A DNA stretch of 64,000 nt, from the IMG/VR virus record IMGVR_UViG_3300046694_000619; one strand, given 5' to 3'. The notes under the pieces were generated by a model. It did no database searches. It worked only from the letters and a program-made list of their open reading frames with translations, and was not told where the DNA came from. Positions 45,948 to 56,153 of the stretch are shown piece after piece. A program made the position numbers and the translations under genes. The stretch is from a virus (Duplodnaviria; Caudoviricetes). How positions within the stretch are numbered: position 1 is the stretch's first letter; each line of letters starts with the position of its first letter.

Positions 45948-46964
45948 ATGACCAAACCGCATCCGATGGAGCAATTCCACGACCTCGTACGCCGTATCCT
46001 GACCGATGGTGTGCGAGAGCAAAACCGAACCGGCATCGACACGTTGTCGATTCCCTGTGCGGTACTCAAGTTCGACATGGCAGACGGCTTCCCCGCCATC
46101 ACGACCAAAAAGCTCGCTTTCAGGTCGGCCGTTGGCGAATGGGTTGGCTTCGTCCGCGGCTACATCAGCGCGGCACAATTCCGTGAGCTGAATTGCAAAG
46201 TTTGGGACGGAAATGCCAACTCTACGCAGAGCTGGCTCGATAATCCCAAGCGAAAAGGCGAGGATGACCTCGGTCGCATCTATTCGAAGCAATGGACCGA
46301 CTGGCGTGACTGGAAGCACACGCGGTCTTGCCAGGATGCGAAAGCATTGGTCGAAAAGGGCTACGAAATCATCGTCTGGGACGCTGAAGACGACAATTAC
46401 GTTTTGCGTCGAGGCATCAACCAGCTCGAGGAAGTGCTCAAGACACTTCTGACCAACCCGTCTGACCGGCGCAAGGTTGTAACGGGCTGGCGTCCCGACG
46501 AGTGGTCGGAGGCTGCACTTCCGAGCTGCCATACCGAGTACGTCTGGAAAACTGAGATGGGCGCAACCCGAGGCGTTGATGGAACACCGGTCACGTACAA
46601 GGAAGGTACGCGCGGCCGGCTGCACCTGTCGATGCAGATGCGCAGCTATGACGTCGGGCTGGGTTTCAATCCGGCGTTAGCCGGGTTAATGCTCTCCGTC
46701 ATGGCCAAGCTCTCGGGCTTTGAGCCCGGCGAAATCGTGATGAGCATCAACGATGCTCACGCTTATTGGGGACATATCACGGGGCTGAAGGAGCTCATTT
46801 CACGCGAGCACTATCCGCAACCCACGCTGCATCTGGGGGACAGCATTCCGACGCTCACCGATGTGAGCCAGGTGAAGGGCGTGTTCGAGCGTATCCAACC
46901 TGAGGATATTCAGCTGGTCGGCTACAAGCACCACCCGCCAATCAAGATGGACATGGCGGTTTAA
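45948..46964 (+). CDS. thyA: thymidylate synthase
   Basis: NRTGID, FP.ITTKK, DLG.IY..QW, RR, LPSCH, RS.D..LG, DAH.Y..H. Confidence 0.9.
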   Translation: MTKPHPMEQFHDLVRRILTDGVREQNRTGIDTLSIPCAVLKFDMADGFPAITTKKLAFRSAVGEWVGFVRGYISAAQFRELNCKVWDGNANSTQSWLDNPKRKGEDDLGRIYSKQWTDWRDWKHTRSCQDAKALVEKGYEIIVWDAEDDNYVLRRGINQLEEVLKTLLTNPSDRRKVVTGWRPDEWSEAALPSCHTEYVWKTEMGATRGVDGTPVTYKEGTRGRLHLSMQMRSYDVGLGFNPALAGLMLSVMAKLSGFEPGEIVMSINDAHAYWGHITGLKELISREHYPQPTLHLGDSIPTLTDVSQVKGVFERIQPEDIQLVGYKHHPPIKMDMAV

Positions 46965-46992
46965 ATCGCAGTCGAAGTCCTCTCTCCGAACC

Positions 46993-47021
46993 TCCTATGG
47001 TCAGCCCATAGGGGGTTTTTT
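46993..47021 (+). terminator. intrinsic terminator
   Basis: TCCTATGG..CCATAGGG hairpin followed by a T7 run. Confidence 0.7.
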
Positions 47022-47408
47022 ATTTCCAGTCATAGCGCCACGGCTAGGACAGGGGTCGCGCGGCCGATATTTTCTTCAGTTGCCATCGGAAAATAGAAGC
47101 GTTCCGTGCCCCACCAGTAAAGGGTTTGCGGCGAGTTTCACCCACTCCGAAACTCGTGCAAAAGCGTTCCGCGGAAAGCTTTCTTTTTTGGTCCGAAATC
47201 CATAGGAGGTTGAGGGGTGGCGCGGTTCGAGTTGAGCCGACGGCAAATAGCAAATGAAAGTCTTCCGAGTCTTGTCCGGTAAGGGTTTGGCGCAAATTTG
47301 ACCCCCGGCAAGGAAAGGTTTCTACCCCGAACCAGGAAAGCTTTCTATTTCCCGGTAACGGCGTTACGGCATTGGCGGGTCCATAGTAGGTAGGGCGCTA
47401 TACCGGGC

Positions 47409-47696
47409 ATGACCAAAATCATCACTGCCATCCTGCTCGCCGCGGTCACGACCCTGGCGCACGCGCAATTAACCAGCCCAGCCGCCATCCCGGCCGTAGA
47501 CCGGTGCAACGTATTCGCCCAGACTCTGACGGGCAAGGCCTACGACGACGTCGCCGCGCGCGTCACGGCACAGTCGTTCACCACGCGCGTAGTGGCGCGG
47601 GACCACGCCCGATACGCCGCAACGATGGACTATCGGCCAGACCGCGTGAACCTCCAGCTGGAGCACGGCAAGATTACGCAGGCGTCCTGCGGCTGA
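47409..47696 (+). CDS. secreted I78 peptidase-inhibitor-like protein
   Basis: Signal peptide, TMDYRPDRVNL....G.I....CG. Confidence 0.75.
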   Translation: MTKIITAILLAAVTTLAHAQLTSPAAIPAVDRCNVFAQTLTGKAYDDVAARVTAQSFTTRVVARDHARYAATMDYRPDRVNLQLEHGKITQASCG

Positions 47697-47766
47697 CCGT
47701 CAAGCAAAAGTCTCTGGCGTTTACAGCTATTTCACAGTATACTAACGAGAACTCAAGGAGGTTCTC

Positions 47767-48219
47767 GTGATTGACATCAACAAGGTGCTCGTCGTCTATC
47801 TCGCCGGCGGCATGAAGACTGGCTGGGCAGCACGCGTCAAGAAGGCTGTGCCGGGCGTCATCTATATCGACCCGAGCGAGAGCGGGCTGACCGATGAAGA
47901 AGGCTACACGGCGTATGACCTCGCGGGCGTCGAGCGCGCAGACATCGTCTTCGGCTACATGGAAAAGACCAACCCGGGCGGCTCCGGACTGGCCGTTGAA
48001 TTCGGCTGGGGCGCTCGCGCTGGAAGGACCCTCCTGCTCGCAGAAGAAGAAGGCTACCCGCAAGAGCGCTATTTCGGCATGGTTCGCTCGCTCGCGCACG
48101 TTCATCACAAGGGCGAAGACAGCCTCGGGCTGGCAATCGCGGACCTCGCGCGCATCCAGGAACGCGGTCTTCACGCCTACCTGGCAGGACTTCCCCGCGA
48201 GGCCGAGCAATGCTACTGA
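47767..48219 (+). CDS. nucleoside 2-deoxyribosyltransferase-like protein
   Basis: VYLAGG, DL..V..ADIV, G...EFG.G. Confidence 0.8.
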   Translation: MIDINKVLVVYLAGGMKTGWAARVKKAVPGVIYIDPSESGLTDEEGYTAYDLAGVERADIVFGYMEKTNPGGSGLAVEFGWGARAGRTLLLAEEEGYPQERYFGMVRSLAHVHHKGEDSLGLAIADLARIQERGLHAYLAGLPREAEQCY

Positions 48220-48361
48220 ATCCCAACGCAATGCGCGGCAATCTGCTGGCGCTCGCTTTTGTTCATCCGATGTTCATCGGTCTGGCCATGGCGGCAATCA
48301 TGACGAGCGACATGGATAGCCTTTACGTGGCGCCCCCTGCGGCACCCAAGCCGGAGCCAGC

Positions 48362-48571
48362 ATGACCGACAAGAAAGTTGTGATTCGTACCGACGGCCAC
48401 GAAGAGCAGTTCGATGTCGAGGTGAACGGCAAGTCGATTGCCCATTTCAGCTATGATGCGCACGGCTCGGCGGCCATGCAGGACGCCAGAGCCCTTATCG
48501 AGCGCCTGGGCGTAGCCTTCGGCTTCGAAGTCGTTCGCGAAGAAGCGGGCGGCGAAGACGAGGAAGCCTGA
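48362..48571 (+). CDS. hypothetical protein
   Basis: GGAG RBS, operon position. Confidence 0.6.
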   Translation: MTDKKVVIRTDGHEEQFDVEVNGKSIAHFSYDAHGSAAMQDARALIERLGVAFGFEVVREEAGGEDEEA

Positions 48572-48574
48572 CCC

Positions 48575-48862
48575 GTGGAAAACACCCAGGCTAGCACCTC
48601 GCACATCGACCTCTCGGCGGTCAAAGCGAAATACCCACGCTTTTTCTTCGAGGTCTTCGACAGCATCAGCAGCTTCATCGAAAACTACGTCGACCTCGGG
48701 CCCAGCCAGGACCTGCGTTTTTCACATTCCTGGCACGAGGGCGGTAACACGCTCATCGAAATGGTCGGCGACATGATGGACGAAGTGGTCATCATCCGGG
48801 GAATTCACGCCGAAGTTGACGTGAAATCGGCAGTGGGCAAAGTCGAAGGCACTCCGCGCTGA
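48575..48862 (+). CDS. hypothetical protein
   Basis: operon position, GC3 bias. Confidence 0.6.
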   Translation: MENTQASTSHIDLSAVKAKYPRFFFEVFDSISSFIENYVDLGPSQDLRFSHSWHEGGNTLIEMVGDMMDEVVIIRGIHAEVDVKSAVGKVEGTPR

Positions 48863-48913
48863 CCGTTAGACGCGAGAGCATCCCGACAATCAACCAAGCA
48901 ATTCGAGTACTAC

Positions 48914-49411
48914 ATGCAGCTGAATACTGAAGTGAAACCCGAGCAATTCAAGAACACGGACATCGCAATGAAATTCGCCAAAAAGCACCCGGACTCCCTG
49001 ACGCCGAAATACATGACCGAAGGCGCGGCCTGCTTCGACATTTTCGCGCTGGTCGACGGCGACCCGGTTGTCATTCAGCCGGGCGAGGCGAAAGCAATTC
49101 GCACGGGCCTCGCAGTCGAGATTCCGGTGGGCTGGCGTCTTGACGTCGTGAGCCGCAGCGGCCTGTGGTTCAAGAACCGGGTACGTGTCGGACAGGGTCG
49201 CGGGACCATCGACCATGACTACCGTGGCGAAATCATGGTGTCGCTGGAAAACACCGGCACCGAGCCGTTCGTCATCAAGCAGCACGACCGCATCGCTCAA
49301 GGCGAGCTCAACAAGGTCACGCGCGTCGAGTTCGTCGAATGTTCGGTCGAGGAGCTGAGCGCTACCGAACGCGGCGCCGGCGGCTTCGGCAGCACCGGTG
49401 TGAGCAAGTAA
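48914..49411 (+). CDS. dut: dUTPase
   Basis: SRSGL, GTIDHDYRGEI, DRIAQ, RGAGGFGSTG. Confidence 0.95.
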   Translation: MQLNTEVKPEQFKNTDIAMKFAKKHPDSLTPKYMTEGAACFDIFALVDGDPVVIQPGEAKAIRTGLAVEIPVGWRLDVVSRSGLWFKNRVRVGQGRGTIDHDYRGEIMVSLENTGTEPFVIKQHDRIAQGELNKVTRVEFVECSVEELSATERGAGGFGSTGVSK

Positions 49412-49460
49412 CCAACCCAGGCGCTCCGCAAGTCGGGGCGCACATCAACAGAAGCTCATC

Positions 49461-49940
49461 ATGAAGCGCATTCTTCCCTTCCTCGTCGCGATGCTGGCTG
49501 CCGCACCGGCCCTGGCTGCCGGCCCCGTCAGTGAGGCCAGCTTGCCGGCCATCTTCCGCACGGAGCCGCCGTACATGCAGAACCGCATCTGCGGCGAGCT
49601 GATGGTCAGTATGTCCCGGATGAGCGCCGCCCTGTACGAAGAGTCGGGCATCACCGGCGCCCGCGAAGCTGCAGTCACAGTGGCCACGCGCGGCATGACG
49701 TTCGTGATGGCCAACGCGTCACTGACCGATGAAGAGAAGGCGCGCGCGAAGAGCATCGCCGACGAACTCGAGAAAGAGGCTACACCCACAAACCCGACCA
49801 TCCTGGCGTACAAGTTCTGCGAAGAGCGCGCCGAGCGCTGGGTGAAGGAAGGCGTCGTGACGCCGGCCGAGGTCAAGGCGACCGAGCAGAAGGTCCGCGC
49901 GGCGCTGGACCAGATGGCACCCCTCAAGAACAAGTCCTGA
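49461..49940 (+). CDS. secreted hypothetical protein
   Basis: Signal peptide ending ALA. Confidence 0.75.
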   Translation: MKRILPFLVAMLAAAPALAAGPVSEASLPAIFRTEPPYMQNRICGELMVSMSRMSAALYEESGITGAREAAVTVATRGMTFVMANASLTDEEKARAKSIADELEKEATPTNPTILAYKFCEERAERWVKEGVVTPAEVKATEQKVRAALDQMAPLKNKS

Positions 49941-50012
49941 GACCTCGCCGCGAGAAGCTATACGGCATTGAGCGATTTTGCTTAGACGAGGACAACTCAA
50001 AAGAGGACCGCA

Positions 50013-50429
50013 ATGTGCCTTCAATGCACGACCCAAGCAACCGTCGTCAAGGCTGACATCCTGCCCGGATTCAGCCTGATGCAATCCCAACTCGACAGTC
50101 CGGAGTGGCCGAAAGGTTTCTACGGGCTTGTAGAAACGAACGACCCGACCCTCGTGTTCGCTGGCCCGCTGCTGAAGGACCCCACGCACAGCTTGGGCGA
50201 TGACGAGCTCAACGCGTTGCCCGGATTTCCCGCGGGTACCGATGAGTTCGATGCGGCAGCCTGGCTGCTGCGCGACCAACTCGTGCTTGATGCGGTAACC
50301 GGCTGGCGGATTGTGCAAGCCTGCATCGAGCGTGGGTATCGCCCTGCGGAAGATGGCTACCTGCACCGCTGGCTGATGCAGTACATGGCCATGCAAGTCG
50401 AATCGGTTACCGACGTCAGCGCAAGCTGA
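50013..50429 (+). CDS. hypothetical protein
   Basis: GAGG RBS; terminator follows. Confidence 0.7.
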   Translation: MCLQCTTQATVVKADILPGFSLMQSQLDSPEWPKGFYGLVETNDPTLVFAGPLLKDPTHSLGDDELNALPGFPAGTDEFDAAAWLLRDQLVLDAVTGWRIVQACIERGYRPAEDGYLHRWLMQYMAMQVESVTDVSAS

Positions 50430-50558
50430 ACCCCTCAAAGCTCCGCCCTCGCGCGGAGCTTTTTTTCATGCCGGATGCGCGCTGATGCCGCCGTGCCGCG
50501 ATTCTTGCGGGAGAGGCCTATACCGTCGTGTCAGGCCAACCAACACGACAGAGGAAAC

Positions 50559-50813
50559 ATGAACACACCTACGCAACACGACATTCTTCAACCGCTGCGC
50601 GCCCCGATGCTTGAACTGATTGGTCGCGCAGTACCCTTCGCTGCGAGTATCAACGGCGAGTACTCGGTATGCGTCGATTTGCACGGCTGGAGCCGTCGAG
50701 CGGGGCTTGAAACGCAGCATACGACCGTCGACGAAGTGAGTTTCATCGAGCTCGCACACCTGGCAGATACCGCTGCGGAAATACTGTCGCGTTCTGAAGC
50801 AACGCCTGGGTAA
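50559..50813 (+). CDS. hypothetical protein
   Basis: GAGG RBS. Confidence 0.55.
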   Translation: MNTPTQHDILQPLRAPMLELIGRAVPFAASINGEYSVCVDLHGWSRRAGLETQHTTVDEVSFIELAHLADTAAEILSRSEATPG

Positions 50814-50926
50814 CGAACGTGCAGCCGATGTAAACTTCGAATCAGCGCAGGGCTGAATCTCAAAGCTCCGCGGGTCGCGGAGCTTTATTTCTTGGCGCGG
50901 CGCCGTGCATCCTGGAGACTTAAACA

Positions 50927-51196
50927 ATGGCACCCACCAGCGTGACAGCGGTTCCCGGACGGAAAATCGCCCATTACTACTATTCCGACGGCCATGAACT
51001 CATCATCTATGTGCTCAAACGCAAGGTGATGATTCGTGAGCCAGATGGCAGCTTCCCGGTCTGTCCGGACCGGCACATCAGATGCCCGCATCCGAACGAG
51101 GAGGACGGCCGCGACGGTGCCATCCCGACGTTCGAGGAGGCCGGACTGTTCTACGGCTATGAAATGGCCGACACGGGCTGGAGCGGAGACTGCTGA
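50927..51196 (+). CDS. hypothetical protein
   Basis: GGAG RBS. Confidence 0.55.
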   Translation: MAPTSVTAVPGRKIAHYYYSDGHELIIYVLKRKVMIREPDGSFPVCPDRHIRCPHPNEEDGRDGAIPTFEEAGLFYGYEMADTGWSGDC

Positions 51197-51218
51197 TGCC
51201 GCACGAGAAATCGGACAG

Positions 51219-51857
51219 TCAGGGGAACGGAGATTCGTTCGGGTCGTCAGCACGAGCTTTGCGTTCTGCGACTCTAAAATCAATATGCCATCGTGCCAGC
51301 TCTTCCGTAGCGGAGATGGGTCCTCGTTGCCCGTCCAATACTGCCCGCGCGACGGAGTCAACCGCGGCATACGCCGCATTTGGCACAGCGCATCGACTTG
51401 ACGACCCAAGCGGGGCTTCCTTCTCGTCGAGCATGGTGTAGACAGCCCCGTTGCGGTCGAAAACCATCAAACAGTTTCGGGATTCGCCCTCGGGCTTGAA
51501 AACCAGATACCGGTAACGGCGACTTGCCCGACCACTAGCCGGCACGACCTCCACGCTGAAGTCGCAACCGCCTGGCGCAAGAAGGTTATACGCGGATTCG
51601 GTGAGCTTACGCGACTCGGTGGCCAGCAACACGTAGCCCAGATTGGTCCAGAAGAAGAATATTCCAGGGCGATGTGGGCTTTCACGCAGGTACATCCCCA
51701 TGGCGCTCGCCAACCGGTCCCGAACGCCAGGTGGCATCGTCTTTTTGCCCGCCACGTAGCTGGCAAGCTTCTCCGGCGCCACCCCAACTTTTTCTGCCAA
51801 CGCAGCGGGCTGCGCCCAGCAAGCGGCCAGGCACTTCAGGCCATCCAGGGAAATCAT
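51219..51857 (-). CDS. XRE-type HTH domain protein
   Basis: LAEKVGV....LASYV.GK..M......RLA.AMG. Confidence 0.65.
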   Translation of the reverse strand: MISLDGLKCLAACWAQPAALAEKVGVAPEKLASYVAGKKTMPPGVRDRLASAMGMYLRESPHRPGIFFFWTNLGYVLLATESRKLTESAYNLLAPGGCDFSVEVVPASGRASRRYRYLVFKPEGESRNCLMVFDRNGAVYTMLDEKEAPLGSSSRCAVPNAAYAAVDSVARAVLDGQRGPISATEELARWHIDFRVAERKARADDPNESPFP

Positions 51858-51970
51858 GTCGTCGCCCCTCCGCAGCTGCCAGTCAAGCTGACATACTAAC
51901 AGCGGCCGGCCGCGGGCCGCGGCCCGCGCCTTGCTATGGCTACGACAAGTGCGTCAAACTGGAGAGTGTC

Positions 51971-52183
51971 ATGTGCTACGGCGACCCTGTAAAACTGCTC
52001 GCGCAGTTCCTGGAAGCAAACCCGCTCGTCAAGGATGCGCGCGGCTTCACGGTGCTGGATGACTTCGACCACCTGTGCGCCTACTCGGGACTCGCCGAGG
52101 CGGACGAGCTGTCCATCGCATGGGGACGCTACAGTTATGTCTCAGCCTCCTACCGCAAACGCCAGGCAGGCGCCCCCGCATAA
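51971..52183 (+). CDS. hypothetical protein
   Basis: GGAG RBS. Confidence 0.5.
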   Translation: MCYGDPVKLLAQFLEANPLVKDARGFTVLDDFDHLCAYSGLAEADELSIAWGRYSYVSASYRKRQAGAPA

Positions 52184-52250
52184 GACACGCGTGCTGGTCA
52201 GCTAGTCATTCCGGGAACGGTTCCGTCGGCGCCACCTTTTTGGCGACCAT

Positions 52251-52991
52251 TCAGTGCCGGACTGGCTCGAGACTGAAGCTTTCGAGATTCGGCATTGCCA
52301 TGAATACGTGTGCGAGCTCCACGCGGGAGAGCTTCAGCCGGCCACTGACGGCCTCGAGCGGGAAGCGCCAGACCATCTTTCCGTCTTCGCTCGAAATCGA
52401 CATCTTTGACAGCTGCGCGGAGTAGCCCTTGGTCAAGGTGCGCGCCGCCACATCCTGCTCGAGTGGCAGGGCACCCTGCTTGAACTTGAGCACGACGCCG
52501 AAGCAATCCTTCGACGGAAGGTGCTTTTCCACCATAAGGCCTATCGTCATCGCCAGCATGGCAAGACACGCCAGTGTGACCGCGGCACCGTAAAGACCGA
52601 CTCCCATCATGATGCCAATGGCCGACGCCGCCCAGAGCGATGCTGCCGTTGTAAGACCCGCCACGCTCAAACCGTCTTTCATGATGACACCGGCACACAG
52701 AAAACCGATGCCCGATACGATGCCTTGCACGACACGGGTGGGGTCCGGCGACACCGGACTGCCCGCGCCGCCAAACCAGGAGTGCGCGTAGCCCACGAAT
52801 ACCGTCAGTGCGCACGACGCCATGCACACCAGGCCATACGTGCGCATGCCCGCCGCTCGGCCGTGGTAGGCCCGCTCGTAGCCAACCAGCATGCCGAGCA
52901 ACAGGGCGCCGAGCAAATTCAGAGCAATCAGGATGTTGGCCTGCAGGGGCGCGCCCTGCCAGTACCCTTGTAATACAGAAATATTCAGCAT
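52251..52991 (-). CDS. MgtC/SapB family protein
   Basis: GYER...GRAAGMRT..LV, DPTRV...IVSGIGFL.AG.I, GLTTAASLW. Confidence 0.92.
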   Translation of the reverse strand: MLNISVLQGYWQGAPLQANILIALNLLGALLLGMLVGYERAYHGRAAGMRTYGLVCMASCALTVFVGYAHSWFGGAGSPVSPDPTRVVQGIVSGIGFLCAGVIMKDGLSVAGLTTAASLWAASAIGIMMGVGLYGAAVTLACLAMLAMTIGLMVEKHLPSKDCFGVVLKFKQGALPLEQDVAARTLTKGYSAQLSKMSISSEDGKMVWRFPLEAVSGRLKLSRVELAHVFMAMPNLESFSLEPVRH

Positions 52992-53077
52992 TGTGGTCTG
53001 TTGCGGCGCGGATGCGCGGTCGAGCGATAATATACTGTTAAATACCTATTAACGCAACGTACACGGCGCGCTTTGCA

Positions 53078-56047
53078 ATGCAACCCTTGCTTAAAAAAAT
53101 AGTTGTCGCAACACTCCTGGCAGTTAATGCTGGCCCGCTGCTCGCTTCGGACTACTTCGTCGTGGTTCCGGTACCGAACCGAACAGCTACTGCCGCAAAA
53201 AACATCACCGTTTCACTCACCGGGCTATCACTGCCCTCGGGCCTCATCGGCACGCCATACGCAGGTTTTGATTTCAAGAGCCTGCTCAACGTCACGGGCG
53301 ACCCTGCCTACAACGGCTATGGCGTGAAGTGGACCGTCGTCGCCGGCAGTCTGCCATCAGGCCTCACGCTCAACAGCAACGGCACGCTGAGCGGCACGCC
53401 GACGGCCGCAGGAACGTCGAGTTTCCAGGTGATGGCCAGCTACAAGTCGAAGGCTGGCCAGCAGGCCTACCAGGTTCAGGTCGCCAACATCACCGTTGGG
53501 CTGGCTGCCGGCGCGCCGCCTCAGGCACTTGTCGGGCAGGCTTACAGCTATGACCTGAAGCCGTTGCTCAGTGTGAGCGGCGACAGCGCATACACCGGCG
53601 CCGGGGTGACCTGGACAGTCGTGTCCAGCTCGCTGCCGACCGGTCTTTACCTCACATCGGACGGCTTTATCGGCGGCACGCCGACGGCTGGCGGCACGGG
53701 CTCCATCACTGCGCGCGCGTCGTACAAAGGCGTCAACGGCCAGCAAACCTATCAGGTGGTTTCGCTCGCCGTCTCGGTGGCGCTCGCGGCCGGAACGCCG
53801 CCGCAGGCACTTGTTGGACAAGCCTATTCGTACAGTCTGAATTCTCTCCTGTCGGTTGACGGGGACTCCGCCTTCAACGGCTCTGGGGTGACGTGGAGCG
53901 TTGTCTCGAGCACGCTGCTCGCCGGGTTGTATCTCACGAATGATGGCTGGATTGGCGGTACGCCGACGGCCAGCGGCAGCGGCACCATCACCGCGCGCGC
54001 GACGTATCGGGGTGTGAGCGGACAACAGACGTATCAGGTCGTGACGCTCAATCTCGCGGTCGGACTTGCCGCGGGTGCCCCACCTCAGGCAATCATCGGG
54101 CAAGCCTATTCGTACAGCCTGAGCTCGCTGCTCACTGTGAATGGCGACCCCGGCTTCAATGGTTCAGGCGTCACCTGGAGCCAAGTGTCGAATTCGCTGC
54201 CCGCCGGCCTTTCCCTGGGCCCGGATGGCACTGTCATCGGCACGCCGACGGCAGCTGGCACCGGCTCCATCACCGCTCGCGCGTCGTACCGCGGCGTTGA
54301 CGGCCAGCAAACTTACCAGGTCGTGTCGCTGAACATCGCAGTGACACTTGCTACGGCGACGCCGGCGCAAGCAATTGTCGGCCAGGCGTACACCTACGAC
54401 CTCAAACCGCTCCTGACGGTCTCAGGAGACGCGGGCTATTCCTCCGCGAACGTGACGTGGAGCGTAGATTCCGGGTCTCTGCCTGCTGGACTGTCGCTGG
54501 GGACAACTGGTGTCATTACCGGCACGCCGACGGCCGCAGGCACAGGTTCCATCGCCGCGCGCGCGACCTATCGCGGTGTCAACGGTACGCAGACCTATCA
54601 GGTTGTCACGCTCAACATCACCGTCGCTCTCGCGAATGCGACTGCGACCGCGGCTACTGCGGATGACGTCTACAGCTACGACCTGAAGCCACTCCTCTCC
54701 GTCGCGGGCGACAGCAGCTACCAGGTTTCGGCTGTCACCTGGGCACTATCGAGTGGAACGCTGCCCACAGGCCTGACGCTCAATACGACCACGGGTGTGA
54801 TTAGCGGCACGCCGGCCCGGTCGTCGACGGGCACCAGCACGTTTGGCGTTACCGCCTCGTACCGCAGCAAGACGGGGCAGGGCAGTTACACCATCAACGT
54901 CGCGATGGCGCCGGCCAAGCCGCGCTGGAGCGTCACGACGCTCAGCCTGGGCAACGCGAGCCTGAGCGGCACGAGCAATACGGCGACCGCCACGCTCTAC
55001 AACGACGGTGGCCTCGCAGGAAACTGGACGTCGCTCAGCAATTTGGGAAGCGGTGTCACAGCGGACGCGTCAGGCTGCTCGAGCGTCGCGCCGAGCGCGT
55101 CATGCGTGGTGACGTTCACGTTCAAGCCGACCGTCATCGGTACGGTCAATCTGAGCGGCATCACACCCACGGCCAGCGCTAGCCGCGCAGTCAACACGCT
55201 GACCATCACGGCGGCCGGCGTGCAGCGCATTCTCGCGCTCAGCCCGGCTGTAAGCGGCAAGAGCAGCTGGAACCTCGATACCGACGGTCCGCTGCGCCTG
55301 GCTGCTGCGGGCACTTACACCGTCGTGCCCGCTACCTCGATGAACATCAGCACGAAGCTCTGGGGTGCTGGCGGAGGCGGTGGCGGCGCAGACGCCGCGC
55401 CTTACTACTCCGGCGTCGGCGGCGGTGGCGGCTATGTCGGCGGCACGTACGTCGCAGCCAAGAGCGTGAGTATGACCTTCAACGTAGGTGGCGGTGGTGG
55501 CTCGGGCATCGGAGCCAGCGGCGCTGGCGGTGGTGCTGGAGGCTGGAATGGCGGCGGCAAGGGCGGCAACGCTGGTCTTCAGGGCTCGTCCGGCGGGGGC
55601 GGCGGCGGTGGCGGCTTGACCGAATTGGTAGTGAACGGCAGCGAAATTGCATGTGCCGGCGGCGGCGGCGGTGGTGGTGGTGATGGCAACGTAGCAACCA
55701 ACGGCAATAACAACGGCAACTATTACGGCGGCTGGACGACTACCAAGACCGGCGCAAGCGGGGCGCAGCGCTCGGACGACGGAGGGGGACCGGGCGGAGG
55801 CGGCGGTGGCTGTAACGGTGGCCAGGCCTCGACGTACTTCCCGGCCAGCGACTCGAACGCCGAAGGCGGTGCTTACGGCGCGTCGGTGAACTACGGGCTC
55901 AGCGGCGCGGCAGCGGCGCAGCCCGCAATGGGCGGCGCGGCGGCCAACTCGGCGGACGCTGACGTAGGTTCCAATGCGCACGGCGGCATCAATGCAACGA
56001 CATCCGGTGCAGCAGCCGGTACTGCTGGCGTCGTTGTCCTACGCTGA
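53078..56047 (+). CDS. secreted putative Ig-repeat protein with glycine-rich C-terminus
   Basis: Signal peptide, six ~94-aa repeats, Gly-rich tail; paralog of 5033-7537. Confidence 0.85.
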   Translation: MQPLLKKIVVATLLAVNAGPLLASDYFVVVPVPNRTATAAKNITVSLTGLSLPSGLIGTPYAGFDFKSLLNVTGDPAYNGYGVKWTVVAGSLPSGLTLNSNGTLSGTPTAAGTSSFQVMASYKSKAGQQAYQVQVANITVGLAAGAPPQALVGQAYSYDLKPLLSVSGDSAYTGAGVTWTVVSSSLPTGLYLTSDGFIGGTPTAGGTGSITARASYKGVNGQQTYQVVSLAVSVALAAGTPPQALVGQAYSYSLNSLLSVDGDSAFNGSGVTWSVVSSTLLAGLYLTNDGWIGGTPTASGSGTITARATYRGVSGQQTYQVVTLNLAVGLAAGAPPQAIIGQAYSYSLSSLLTVNGDPGFNGSGVTWSQVSNSLPAGLSLGPDGTVIGTPTAAGTGSITARASYRGVDGQQTYQVVSLNIAVTLATATPAQAIVGQAYTYDLKPLLTVSGDAGYSSANVTWSVDSGSLPAGLSLGTTGVITGTPTAAGTGSIAARATYRGVNGTQTYQVVTLNITVALANATATAATADDVYSYDLKPLLSVAGDSSYQVSAVTWALSSGTLPTGLTLNTTTGVISGTPARSSTGTSTFGVTASYRSKTGQGSYTINVAMAPAKPRWSVTTLSLGNASLSGTSNTATATLYNDGGLAGNWTSLSNLGSGVTADASGCSSVAPSASCVVTFTFKPTVIGTVNLSGITPTASASRAVNTLTITAAGVQRILALSPAVSGKSSWNLDTDGPLRLAAAGTYTVVPATSMNISTKLWGAGGGGGGADAAPYYSGVGGGGGYVGGTYVAAKSVSMTFNVGGGGGSGIGASGAGGGAGGWNGGGKGGNAGLQGSSGGGGGGGGLTELVVNGSEIACAGGGGGGGGDGNVATNGNNNGNYYGGWTTTKTGASGAQRSDDGGGPGGGGGGCNGGQASTYFPASDSNAEGGAYGASVNYGLSGAAAAQPAMGGAAANSADADVGSNAHGGINATTSGAAAGTAGVVVLR

Positions 56048-56153
56048 CCTGATGTAACCATGGCTCCAGCAGCATTTGCCGCTGCCGGAGCCTTTATTTT
56101 ATGCTATACTGCACGCGGCCAATTTTGATGGCCATAACCACATGGAGTGACCG

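Noticed and set aside
53200-54900. Long direct repeats as a CRISPR array or mobile element
   Set aside because: They are in-frame Ig-domain repeats; no CRISPR array or cas gene was seen in the window
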